Origin: Laetmonice hystrix
Taxonomy: Eukaryota
Direction of reading: 5' to 3'
Length of the DNA stretch: 60,000 nucleotides
NCBI GenBank assembly: GCA_965235115.1
Contig: OZ249436.1
Location: 10,294,001 to 10,354,000, forward strand
Made by a program: the position numbers and the translations under genes. The notes under the pieces are model-generated. The model had not been told where the DNA came from. It searched no databases and was given only the letters and a program-made list of their open reading frames with translations. Shown piece by piece: positions 42,109 to 56,300 of this stretch (positions are counted from its first letter, which is position 1; every line of letters starts with the position of its first letter).

Positions 42109-45100
42109 TGCATGCATGCATTTCTGACGATCTCAGCGGCCATGTATACGCTACATTGTATAGACTCTATAGGCCTATATACATTGATAGAAAATGACCG
42201 TTTGCTTTCTCTTTTACTAGTGCATGTTCTGATGTTCACGTCATCAACGTCTGTCATATTGACCCCGTGAACTGGGCACCGTAAGTCACGTGCTAACTCC
42301 GCCAGACATAATTAATCCGCATCAAAACACGGCTATGGGCTTTGATCTACGACGGGGCCCCTTCTGCCGAACGGCACATCAAATAGACCACCGCTTACAA
42401 CAAATCCCGATAAATTCTCCTGGTCGGTCCCTGGAAATCAAGGTGGGGTGGCTCGGTCATGGCCCGACAATTGGTGGCCGTAACTCAGTGTCGTCTGCTC
42501 GCGGAGCGCGCGCTCGGTGGTTGATGAGACGGTATGTCCCCGGTCGGCTCGCACTGCCGTCCCATCCTGACACTGCCCCGCCATGCTCTCCGTATGGCCT
42601 CATTAATTACAACTCTGTGTACCATCGCTTCTATAATAATTCGCTACAATAAGCCATGGGAATTATTCTCCTGACCGTCCACAGTACCTATTGGCGGTAA
42701 AACTGTAGATTCCCATGTCCCTTTGTCTTTAGATAGAGTCTACAGCTCTAAAATAATGTTAATGAAGGGGGGGGGGGCATGTGTAGATATTTAAAGGTAA
42801 CGCGTATATCAACGAGTATCTATACTCGTAAGGACTAACACTTCAAAGAAAAACAAGGCTGATATCGTTTGCTTCTGATCATATCCTTTATTATGTAAAA
42901 AATATTTGACAAATTACAAAATTAGCTACCCAAAATATACAAACGACTGCAATTGTCAAAGACTATGCCTACATATTAGGTTGCCTACTCAAAAACAAAA
43001 CAAACGATTCTACATCTAAATTTAAATACATTTGCATATTGCAACTTCCAATCTCAAAAAAAGAGGGGGATTTCAATCCGTTTAAGCAAAGTCCACTGGG
43101 GTAAAGCAAAGACGAGAGGACTCGCTGAGGCAGTGTCTCTGTAATATCACGATGTCCTCTCATGTAAAGAGCATAGGGAAAGAAGATCTCTGTATTTCAA
43201 CGGACACACATTCTATAGGGGAACATGACATTTTTGCGAACAACCTTACATCACTTTAAATACTCCTTCCATATCCTGGCGATGAATCTACATTATCTTT
43301 CTGTATCATGAAGAAATAACATGTCACTATACAGCACTATACACGACCCTCAGTGAAATACCCGAGACCTTACATAGGCAATATTTCTTTATCTATTCTT
43401 CTCGTGTGCCGGAAATACAACACCGGCAAGTGAAAAGCGTGCAACAGCAATATTCTATCTAACCTCTACAAAGATCGAGAGACGATACAGCTCATCAGCA
43501 TTTCCTCAATATGACGCCTTATCGTTTGTTATCAGGGAAATGGGTTTGGGCTTTCGACGGCTCTCCATATAACAGGATGCCATATTAAGTCTGAGTCTAG
43601 GCCTAGATCGGCCACCACAATTAGGGTCGATACATGCACCCACCCGTTCCTCACCACCCCGCTATACGGCGGCCCACCTCAGCCTGTGTGTGGGAATATT
43701 TCTGACCGCGTGGGGCTAGCTGTATCATTATATACCGGTACGGAAGACACGGTGTGGTCATGAGGACCAGACAAAAACTGATTGTACGAGTCGCCATCAC
43801 ATTCATGCTCCTCTTGTGTCACTCTGGGCTCAGTTCACGCCCACGTTAGTCTGAACGGCAAGACACGAGCATTGTTACCCCAACATGGGCAGTACACACA
43901 AATGTATACAGTTAACATTAATGTAGGCTAGCCTACTACGATTATAAAGATCGTGCTGATCATGGCCGGGCTCCGTGTCGTATAGTTGTACCCACTCTGA
44001 TCTTTTCATACTGAGTTGATTGTCCGCCGCCCGCTCTCTGCAGTTTATCGTCTTTCTCTTCATTTAATTGAATAACATCTTTGTCAACATTTGAAATAAT
44101 ATACAAGTTGAGGTGCTTATTCCGGTCTGGCCTTAGTTCTACTGTACAATTTTACATAACTGTGATGACAAAATGTCCATGCCATACACTGTATACCACC
44201 AACCACATTCTGCAGGCTCTTTCGGCATCCGTGAACAACAGGCAAGTTTTGAAACTCCTCCAGTGCTACTGCACCAAGATTGCTACTGATGAGTGCATTT
44301 CTATACGCCACTTAGATCTAGCTATCTGGCGTGGCATAACCTGGTGATAAGAAAGTACTTTCTTCCATGTGTACAATACACACAACAGACAGTAAGAGTA
44401 TAATAAGTATTTGAAATAAGTTATTCTGAGCCTGGTTCACATGGCAGAGTGGGTGTGAAGTTGTAAAACATACCACAAATATAAATATACATGAAAATGA
44501 AAGACACCGTTAATATACCTCTATGCCGGCTCACACGGTCATAACGCTCGAGAACAAACAACACACAGGCACCCCATCCATATAATATCAACTGTGATCC
44601 AAACGGAGTTCGTAACGCATTACAATAATCATACTAATCAATCTAAATACCTTTTGGGACTCCTTTTTGGAGGACGAGATTTTCTTGTATTACCAACGAC
44701 CGTGAAAGTTTGACAAACACGGCATCTAGAAACTGTCTGCCCTGGCCAGGTGTTCCAGAAATCATGGAATATGACTGGCCTTCAGGTCATTCAAAATGAT
44801 ACCATGTGATGTCTGCCACGATACAAAGTAATTAGAAGTTCCCTATACCGAAGACTTCTCCTTGTATGTGTGATATCGTTTCCCCCTCAGCCAAATGCTT
44901 GCTGCAGTACAGCAAAGTACAGATCCACATGAAATACATGATGATACATGAACGCATATGACATTCGTTATGTAATGTTCACATTCACTATGTAAGCATT
45001 GTGTGTACACACAAATCATCAAACTCTTGACCTGATATGATATATACTCGTATATCTAGTACTGAAATGTCCATATATTGAGATGCCCATCGTGTCTATA

Positions 45101-45134
45101 TACACTCAGTCAGGTGAACGGTACAGAACTTCGT

Positions 45135-45256
45135 CCGTTAAATCAACTGATGGGCCGACATCCACCACGGTGCCTGCTTTGATTCAGCCATTCTCCGTTA
45201 AATCCACTGATGGGCCGACATCCACCACGGTGCCTGCTTTGATTCAGCCATTCTCC
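45135..45256. repeat. 60-bp tandem duplication downstream of ARID3
   Basis: CCGTTAAATC(A/C)ACTGATGGGCCGACATCCACCACGGTGCCTGCTTTGATTCAGCCATTCT twice, one mismatch. Confidence 0.92.
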
Positions 45257-47301
45257 AAACACCACCAGCCAGTTTATTGTGAGTATTTCATACGAGGAAT
45301 AGTTTTGATTCTCTGCATATGTCCCTGAGTGAACCAACTTAAATGCATCTAATTCACTGCTTTCAAATGAAGACACTTAAAACAGGCATCGAAAACAACT
45401 CATGATGCAGTGTTGAGTTTCACGGCAGTTTGGATCTGGTCTGGCAGCGCTGATGCTCATCTCGGCTTACACTTGGGCTGCGTTCACTAGGGAAGGTCTA
45501 CACGAAAGGCCACAGAAGGAAGACGACTTTGCCGCCAGTTTCTGCATGGTTTGGATTGCATGGTTTGAACATACTATTGTTTTTACAACAAAGCAAATAA
45601 ATATGTGAATGATAATAATAGATACACGAAGAAAAATCATGTGCCACATGGGTAAGTTTTGGAGTCCCCATGCTTTTGACACTTGTTCATTCTTTATAAT
45701 ACGTAAGTTTTTGAACGCCGGTGGGTAATGCTAATATATAGTGTAACTTTCTAGTCTTTCAGTTCAAACACATGTGCATTTATAAATTATTTCTATCTTA
45801 CATGGTTACTGTTTGATATCATTATGCTGTAAGCTCACATTCATGGGTAAACAAAACTCAGACGTGGACATACTATTATGACGATGGATGAGTAAGTATT
45901 TGTGCCCTCATGAATGCATTCATGCTCTCTTCACCTAATACATTAACATGTAAGAAAACACAGTTCATTATACAGACGCATGTCCAATATACGTCTATAC
46001 AATCATCAGTTTGGGTAAGATACGCGTAATACAGCAACACAAAACTGAAAACGGGGGCTTCCGATGCTCATAATGCCAAACTGTGGCATGTGACGTGAGT
46101 GAATTATATATTATATACATGTGTACAGTCAGGTGAGTCCCACCACTTTATTCGTGATCATACCATATATTATATTCCAATCAATACAAATCCTAGCTTT
46201 TTACACATCAGCTTGAATTATGCAATCTTTGGGGGTTAAACTTTTCCGAAGTGATAAATATGTATCCAAGTTACAGTTTTAATTTAAGTTGACTGTGTCT
46301 CGATAAATTTTAATTGGATTCTAGTTATCCATAATAGGATTACTTGAAGATAACAAAGATTGCCCATTGCTGATATGAGTGAAGTGCAAATTTGGTGATT
46401 GTTGAAATTGAATTATGCCATTTCACTTGTTTGTTAAGTACTCCAGCCTAGTGGGAAAGCATTTGCTCAAACACAAAGATTTACAGAGAAACCTAGACTA
46501 CAAAACAATATCGATGCTTCTCTGTGTACTATATGTACAATTTTGAAGAGGTTTCTTCATTTATTCCACCATTACCCGAGAGATAGGCATGTTTTTCTAC
46601 AGACGCACATAACGCTAGTATTTATCAGAAATTCGTCACCGTTCACACTCCTGGTAGCTGAAATGTCTTTATGAGAAGTAATTCGATGCTTAGCTCTCAT
46701 TTCACCAAAAACTATTTTCGGTGGGACAATTTCCAGTTTTGTCTAATTTATAGAGAAAACACCCCGCTAGTACTGACAGGTCACCTTCCAACAGTGACCA
46801 TATATCTTTCTCTCTGACGCTGGTTTCATCTATCTTTGACTTCACACCTATACATTCGATGAACATGCCTAAAACATACAGCGCACAGACCGACGTATTG
46901 GAACAGGCAGTTGTCTGTAGAAGTGCCACCAATTGACTAAAAAAACCTAAGCAACGGCTCACTGGGAAGTACTGTACACCGCAACACACAGTCACTCACG
47001 GCGCAACTGTTGTTGACACTGATAATAATTTCCTATTGCCTTTGTAAGCAGCCACCAGAAACTGGAGACGATATCAAACTATAACCTGCCACTAAGGTCT
47101 TTATTAAGATTCTCGACCACCGTCTCAGCCACCCGGCCTACACGGAGCTACATTTGTCCATATATGGCCATTGTACCACCCACTACACCTGGCCACGCCC
47201 CCAGCAGCGTTAGCGCTAACCATTGGCCCAGATCTGTGGCAGTCAACGTCGTTCCCATGTATGCAGTAATACCAACAGCCCCCTGGCGGACAGGTAGATG
47301 A

Positions 47302-50300
47302 CTATATCCTGCGTTGTGGCGGATGATGCTGAGCAAAGAGGACGCCTTGATACATGATACCGTTAACCTCCATAGATACTACCAATGAGTTGTCAAACTC
47401 TGTCCGACCGTCATCTGTAACACACATCAAACAAACTTAATTACTGACAGCTATACGTACCACACTGAGCGATAGATAATGACAAATAGTTTATCAATAG
47501 GTAGACAATCTCAATATTCCTATCGTAATATACTCAATACTATAGGTACATTTCAATTGTTGCATTTTTCAAAAGATTACATCGTAAACCAGGGTGGGGG
47601 TAGGAAGGTAGAGTGGGGTGGATCTGATTTGTGTCAGAATTTGACCTCCAGGTTAAAGACGCCCCTGCGAGTTGGGAAAAAAAACAGACCTCAGATTACT
47701 CGGTCTTTCACTTGGGGCACAAGAAATATATTTTCCAGGGCCCACTAAAAGTGACGAACCAGCAAAAGGTTCACAGCTTCGTAATTCTGTAATTTGGGTG
47801 TGGGGCAAGGGGTGAGAGGAAGGGACCGAGTCGACATGAGGTGCGCCCCACTTGTGACAGTAATGGGTGGTGTTTGTAAGGACGGAGCGTGATTACGGCC
47901 GAACGCTCGCCGTGCACCGGCCCCACCTTATGGCCGGCCTGTCACAACCACTGTACACGCTAAAGACGGCCATACCGCCGACTTTATGGGCTCTCCATAG
48001 GACAACACTCCGGGGTGACAAAAGATCGCTACGCGACACGTTCATGGATGAACTTCGTGATTCTCGAGTTCAGGAAGAGAAAGTTCTGATTGGCTTATTA
48101 CTAAATCATCCTCATTATCACCCAAACGGTTTAATGTACCTGATGACGTGTGTAATAAAAGATTAAGTTAATACAAGTATACTGCTGCTGCTGGATGAAT
48201 AACTATAATTACTTTATATATCGTATACCAAGTATTATCTCTAGATTCTGGCTTGGAACTGTAAACCTCGGCAGCATTGTGGATGTCGTGTGCGTGTTGG
48301 AATGAATAACAATAACAACGCCTTAAGAGCGGTATCACTGAGAATTTCTTGTAAGTAAATATTTCACGGTTGGTTTTCCTGGAGTATCACGATATTCATA
48401 CATCAGATATACTTAATCCGACATTCACTATATATTTACTGTTCTCAAAATAAATTAGAACTGTCGGGAGGGTATTGTGTAATTACCCACGTGGCAGTTT
48501 GTCTCAATATTATGTAGCTGGTTCACAGGCACTATCTGTTAGTTCGTGAAAGATTTCCCTCATCCGAAAAGGTACCATGATTCGCTTGTGGCGAAACTAT
48601 GCGAAACATAAACGCGAGTTACGACTGCTAAGGGAAATACAAGTTAACCACCTATAAGAGTATATATAGCTAGGCCTTGGCTGTCTTAGCTAAACTAGTT
48701 CGGAATAACGTTACAGATTTGTAAATTTGCCAAAAAATGACAAATACTTTGGGCTTTGGTGGTGGTGGTGGTGGTGGTGGTGGTGGGGGGGGGGGGGTCA
48801 TCAGGAAGCACACTGATCCTGTGTGTTGATAACACCAAGCCAATTTATGAAGCCCACATTTGCACTAACTTGCAGCAGTCAGGGCTTAGAGGGAAATATC
48901 TTTGTGCTTAACTTTAATAATGATATATTATTGGCATGCTTGACTGACCAAGAAGGACGACTGGCCACTGTGAGTACAGCCTACAGCTGTTCTATGGGGG
49001 CCGGTAGGGGAGGGTGAAGGTGAATGATCTAATTTCCTTTGAGCCTGAGGGCAGTGTAATGGTGATATAATGTGGGGGTATTGTGGAGAGAGTCAGGTAG
49101 TATCTTTATATCTCAGTCGCCATGTCAAGGCACTGGCAACATAGACCGCCTCCGGATAATTCGCATTGTGCTCCGCCACCTCAATAAAATGGACTGATTG
49201 CAAGAGGGTGCCCTACCCTCACCTGTTGGGCGGGGGACAAGCTGTACCTGGTACACGAGCTACACCATCCCCCTATCTAACCCGAGTCCCCCCAAAATAT
49301 CATACCACTGACATATAATTGTAAGGTTCACTGAAGCCTACCCCTCAATAAGCCCCATCCTCATCGTTCTAATTTCTGGGTAGGTTGAAATATGAAATCC
49401 GATCACAGAAGACGGTTTGTGATAGGTCGGAATGCCATCAGACACAGTGACGTGCCCTGGGGCGTCCGGCGGGGGCCGCCGGTCGCGTCATCGTGAAAAC
49501 GTCACCGCAGTGGGCCAGGGGTACAATAGCAATCATTGATAATTCGTGAATGCGCCATCCATCTCTATGCCATCAACAATATGGCAGCGACATGCACCTG
49601 TTGCCAACAGGGGACTCGCCTTCACATCACACCAAATCGACATTAAATACAGCCACCCTTCACTACGCCATAGAGGGCGCAGGCCAGGGGGTGGGGGTGA
49701 ACTTTTTTGTCTCAGACAGCTTGTTTCATGAAGGTTTTATGACTCCATTGAGAACCTTTTTTATCCTCTTACAATAACATCAAATGGCAAGCACACACAC
49801 AGGAGCGTACCTGACCTGTACTTGGCAGTCAGTTGCTCAACATTTAATCTCAATTACCTGCATGCAGGTATTGTTATGGGCAACTCTCATTTGGATTGTT
49901 TCTCCGAGTGTCACCCACCAACATCTATAAATCAGCTGAGAGCTAAATGTGCACTTTGTCTGCACTTCCCACATTTCCAGTTCAAATTTACCTATAAATT
50001 GAACGGTTGGGATCATTAAATATATGCAATCATAGTGCCACATTTCCTTCATTGTTGTGCCACAGCCTGTTTGGAGCCCCTCCCATCTTGACCTTACTGA
50101 AGCACACGAGTGTTAGAGGTCGGAAAATGTCCCTGTGCACTTGTAGCTTGTCCCTTATTAAACGTATGGTCGACCTGCCCCCATGGAAACCTACCACCAT
50201 GCAAATCTAAACTTGGGATCACCAAGTATCCAACACTTTATATGATAACATAAATTAACTCGGATATCAGACGTGATATATTTCAAAGACCAAACCAACA

Positions 50301-53300
50301 GGTTACAAATAATGAGAATTATAACCTTTTAAAACGGATGGGCGTTCCGTTTTTAAAGGGTATCGGGGTAGGGTAGTTTGTGTTGGTTGGCTGATCATAA
50401 CAGTTTTATAGCTAATCCAGACCTAGTTGGTTACATTGACCATTCATATACGGTTCTATGAATGAACTTCGTTATCTCGATATGCTGCTGGCTCGTTGTA
50501 TCCCCTGAGTAAGGACATTAGAGCCAATCTTATCTGATGTAAACCATGTATTTTCAATGGCTCCCACCTCTGTACAGGTGTCCCCTAACTGCAGTCGGCA
50601 TGTCATTTGACCATTAAATTATACCAATTCAGGGCTCCAAATGAGAGAGACTCTTTCACACAACCTTTTCGCTTTGTTCTCATTCGGCTCTTACGTCGTC
50701 ACAGGTCAAGGGATCAACGTTATGGTTAACTGGCAAAACGAAAAAATACTTTAACCAGAAAAATGAAACTGAATATAAAAAATAATGCACTGAATTATCG
50801 CAATCAATCACGGGGGTGGCTTATCTTGTCTGCTAAACGTTAAGCAATGTGTGGACTGAGGCGGTCTATAAGTCATACGCCGGTATAGAGTAGTGGGAGT
50901 GTTTGGTGGGGCTGTGGTTTCACGTCCCGGTACATGGCGTTTTGTTCTAACTACAGGTTGACGGTGGACCGTAATGAGAGGTACGTCACTCTCAGCTGGT
51001 CCACTATTGGTGGAATCTGGCTGCCCCTGAATGCCTAGACCTGCATGGTTCACCAACATCTTTGTGTACAACCATCTAAACAATCTTCTGTCTTGTGTTC
51101 CTGCCGTGCAAAGTTTTGCAGATGCTGTCAAAGTGAGTGCCTGTGGGCCCGTTGGGACAAGTGCCCGACAGGGCCCCTTGGGGACTATGTCGTCAGTTTA
51201 AGGCCAGACAAGAGACAAGCATCAAAGTACACAGACAGACCACAGCCCATTTCATTATGACTGCACACGTTTCAAACCAACGGGCTTAGTGAACGACTGC
51301 CTCAATTCATGACATGCTTTCAGGGATCTGACTAACTTTGGTTTGGAGCCTTTGGTTTGGAAACGGCAGGGACATCTTGACTATAAGACAACACTGGTCG
51401 ACTGAGGGGTATTTTATTGTCATGAAGAACTAATTCTTTGGCAGCCTTGGGTATCAGGGATGATCTTCTATGTTACTCACTTCTACTTGTGATTTTGATA
51501 TGTGCGCTCGGCACTCCTACATGTGCCATGAGTCTCTCTTCCTCCGTGGCGGGCCTCTTCACTGGAGGTTCTTCTGACTTCACGGAGGGCGTCGAGTCGG
51601 GTCGTTTCTCTCCAGGGCTAACTGTGCGCGACGCTTGCTCCATGCGTTTTGTGGCTTCCTCCATGGCGCGGGTGGCCGCCTCCATGGCGCGGGCATCTCG
51701 CTCTGCCAAACTACGTAGATGTGCTGGTGTACTCGGTATACTGTTCTCTTCATCACCTGTGGTCACATTAAATGACACTGCATTAAACTGACTGCAGGAA
51801 AATTTAGATTATCTTAACGTTTTTCTTTTAAATTCTTGAAACAATAAAACGTGTCACAATGAATCTAGGCCCTATGTTACTTCAACACTACCCAGAAAAT
51901 GGAATAGCTATCATTTTCTTCAAGCTGACATTCCATGTCCACCTGAGGAAAAATGCCCTTTTTAAACTACAATTTCAAGTTGCTTCCAGGTGATTAATGA
52001 TACTACATGGGTGGCCCTGAGACATGTAGCCATGGGTGTTAAAACAGGCGACCTCTGCAAGGACAAGGTGATGTTGGCGAGCTAAGTGAGCCATGGGAGC
52101 GGTAATGACGGGAGCTGACCTCAACATGGCCCTTCTCTCCCCCCCCAAATATCTCCATCCACAACAGGTCTCCACATGTAGCTGGCGGGGAGCGCATTCC
52201 CCTCACAACTCGCTGCTCCAGTCTCACCGTATTCCTTATACGTGCTTTGTTGTGGGGTTCTAAGGTTTTTCTTCGAATGGTCAATTAACCTGCAGCCATG
52301 TCCAGTTGAGGTGGGAGCATTCTTGCAACAACTATGACGACCTTATGTACCCTGCTATACCTTAAAACCATAAACCGTTGCCCGTCAGGAAACACTACCT
52401 GCCACCAGCTATCAGGCCAAAGGCAGTCGTCACATCAAACGTTAGATCATGCCCCGTCTGGCCAGTGCCTCCAGCTTACACACTAGTTTATCTCTCATAC
52501 GTCATGTATGTATCATTATCTAGCTTCAGTAGACCATTATCTAGCTTCAGTAGACCTATGTCCTTTTTCCACCTCTGCTTATCCTTCAAAGACGTACAGA
52601 TAAGTAAAAGGGCGTGAAAAGAAAGCGAAAACGAGGGAAAGAAAGGTATACATAAGGAAATAAGGATAGAAAGCTGAAATCGTCTTCTGAAATCTGACAA
52701 AGAACGTCTTTTAGAGCATGGCTTTTTGTAGATGTACGTACGGTGTTGTGAGGTGTGTGTATTAATGATATTTGGTGTGTATTAATGATACTTGGTGTGT
52801 ATTGTAGTGTTCCACTAGTTTTGATATTACCGTCTATATCTCACAGGGTTCCATCCCCACCCATACCCTCACCCCCATCCACCACTGACAACTGTCCACA
52901 CTCACTCCTTACTCCACAGTTAATTTCACTCGGAAAGAAACGAATAACAAGGAAAGATAAAGATAAGTAATTAGGTAACAACCTGAGTGATTGTGCTGAT
53001 TGTGCTGATTGTGACGATTGTGTTGATTTTGCTGGTGTCTCATGGAGGCCAGGAAGAAGTTAGCTGTCCGTGGGCTGAGAGTACGAACAGGAACTGGACA
53101 AGGGTTCTCCATCCCAGGCCATGCATCCGTTATCTCACTTGGTTCATCTTGAAACAGAATCAGTGCACCTCCTTAGGAACCTATACAGCTTTTACACTTT
53201 GCAATATACAGCCGGGTATATTAAAAAATGAAATTACATGGTCATATTATAGACATGTACACATAAATGTAATAATAAACAGTAATATATTACAATCATC

Positions 53301-56300
53301 TGAGAAACAAATTAAAAAGTTTTATCAGAAAGCTGTTCCGGGTCAGTGCGTCTGTCATGTCCCGATAATCGCGCTGGGACTCAATTCTAACTGTTTGATG
53401 TCTTTTATAATAATACAATGAACAAATAGTTGGTTAAAGATCTTATTATATATCCGGATCTGGGATATTGCCAACTTGTACACTTGACTGATTGAACAGC
53501 GTGTGAACGATTACTAGAGTTAGATCTGAACCGATTGATCAGCTTTATATGAAGGTTCAGGGTCCTGCATGAAATATGACAGGGTGTATGGCTGTTCCGG
53601 TTGAAGGTGTGTGAATACCACATTGGACATCCTTCTAACACATGTAGAACGCCTTCCTTAACTAGACCATGAGCTGGCCTTTTAAATCTTTATTAAACAT
53701 GCACTTTCGTTATTAATAACACGTGAAGGAAGAAAAAAGAAGAGAAGAAACTTTATTAAAGAGGAGATTTAAGTAGAAGAAACAGTGGCCGGTTGTAGAG
53801 TATCATTACTAGTATTAAAACGTGTAAGAGATCGATAAGGAGGAGGTTCTTACACCGATCTGTTATAATTTCCCATGGCTGAAGTGTTTTTGAAACTTTT
53901 ATCGTTAGAGCTAGGTTCCCGCCCAGGAGAATCTCACCCAACCTACTGATACGGTATGACGCTGATACCTTGTGCACTCTAAGTGTCAAGGTGGAATTAC
54001 CTACACAGCCACTCCCTGAGCCTGCCATGCTAGCCTCTCTCAGACTCCAACTGACCTTTATCCTTCATCTACTGGCTATGTCGAGCTGAGTATTCGGAGA
54101 ATGGGCGCGGGTTTGAGTACTGCCGCCGAGGAATACCCATTTAATTTAGATTTATACAGGCACATGTGCACAACTGACAGGTAAGCCAAACTAGCCTGGT
54201 ACCATTAATGCTGCCCTCAATATGAGCTCCAACACTTTCATTCTTCTCCAATTTCGCTCAGCCAGAATCTGGTGGAACTAATGTCCAACTGGGATCGTGT
54301 GCCGTGCCCCCCAGTCAGCAATTATCAAATAAGCATATCAGTCGGCAGTCCGCGCGTCCTCGCAATACCTTCGCTCTAGGTGTCAATTTTATGAGCAGAT
54401 TATCTCACTGGGAAATACCAACAGTGATAACGCTGCCAGTGAATCAAGACCTTCTAAGCATATCAATTCTTGCATGTAGAGTGACGGAAACCAAGGGGAG
54501 GTAGAACTTTAAAAGAGAACTGGTTATTTGGCATTAAGACATGCATTATCTGTTTTATGGAAGCTATTACAGTTTTTGACAAGCCACTTCTGCAATGTTA
54601 GATCATATGAAGTTGTTTTTGTAGGCGCGTTTTATTTTTCAGTACAGGGTAAAATTGAATGTACGGTAAATGGCATGGTGTTGCCTCTCTCCATTTTTCA
54701 TTAGTGGTATATGCCTGTAAATATTTCTGCTCTTTGATATATTAAATTATATTAAGTTATTGTATGTCAACTATGATAATAAAGTACCGAACTGAAAGCA
54801 AATTAAGCTATACCGCTGTGAAAATCTATTGGTACACCAGTATTGTAGCCAAACTGTGAATCTATTGAAATTACTTTATTTGAAAAGGATAACCATATAA
54901 CAGACGTGAACCTGTCTGCCTTTGGTGGAATGTAAGAACATGAATACACGTACCAACAATATTTTTTTTTAAAATCCATAATTAGTTCTTTCAAAGAAAG
55001 TCGTAAGAATAAACCATTGAAATAGTGATCTACTTACTGTCTTTGGTATCTGAAGCGGCACTGACTGCATTGTGAAGTTTAGCTGCTGCTATATGATGAG
55101 GTGTCATTGGTATACCTGCAGGTAAACAGACTACAAAACATCAAGGTATGGTCCTAGACTGACACAAAAAGTCTCATTAACATTCTACATGTGTAAAGGG
55201 CGAGGTCTTGAATTCTAATTTTTACACAAGCTTAGAAACGTCTGTCAAAAAGAATTTTCATAACTAAGCTACCGTATACAGGTAGATCTACAGTTAGATA
55301 AAGGGATAGACATAGGGGTTTTAATTATTAAAATAAACAGTCTGCATTTCATCGAATATAATTATAAATATTTAATGAAAGAAACATCTGGGACACAAAC
55401 TACTTCATCAATTAAATACAAGATTGCAGTTAGGAGGCTGCCGTAGTCTATAATATCTAATTCATAAATGTTCAGCCTACCTGGTGTAGGCTTCCAACTG
55501 AGTGGCCAATCTACAAAGAAAATCAAGATAAAGTTGAAATATTGTGGTACCACACTTCCTTTACCTGAGCGGTATATAATTTATAGAGGCAATATACTGT
55601 TATTCTCTGAAGTAAAAATGCAAACCTTTTGGACCATTTATTAGACATGACATCACGACCAACATTGAACTTAAATACAAATTACACTAATTCAGAATAA
55701 ATTTTTATACGATGTCCTCTCCCTTCACTTCTTACAAGTGACCTGCCAGAGAATTGTAGCAAAACTTCTGCTCTCTAAGATGTTTATTGGGTCAGAGGTG
55801 TCTTTTTGTTTCTGAACAAGTTGTTCAATTACCTACGGAAGACCATAAGGTAATCTAATTACTCCAAGTAACTGTTCTGTCCATGGAGGCAAATGTGGGG
55901 GCTGGTGTTGGGAGGCCATCTGAGACCAGTGGCACTGGTTCCCCCCTGGTTCCACCATCGTTATTGCCTGGCCCTTCACCATCTGACCCAATCCCCGAGA
56001 TATGCTGACATGCCAATGATAGGCTTCCACAGATGGAAGCCTGTCTCCCCACAGTCGCCACTCGGGTCCCCAGTGGGGGCACCCAATAACACAGCCATTT
56101 CTCGCTATCACCCAAGCACCACTCTATAACATACTGGTGAAGCAACTCTGAATAAAGCTGCCACTATACTAAAATTAAGCAGCTGCTATCAGGCCAAAAC
56201 CTACTTTCTTCAGAGACAATCAAATTAGGTTCTACCCTCCTGGTGGACCAAACTGGCGCATTGCGGGAATTATGAGAACGAGCTAGGCCAACAACATCAG

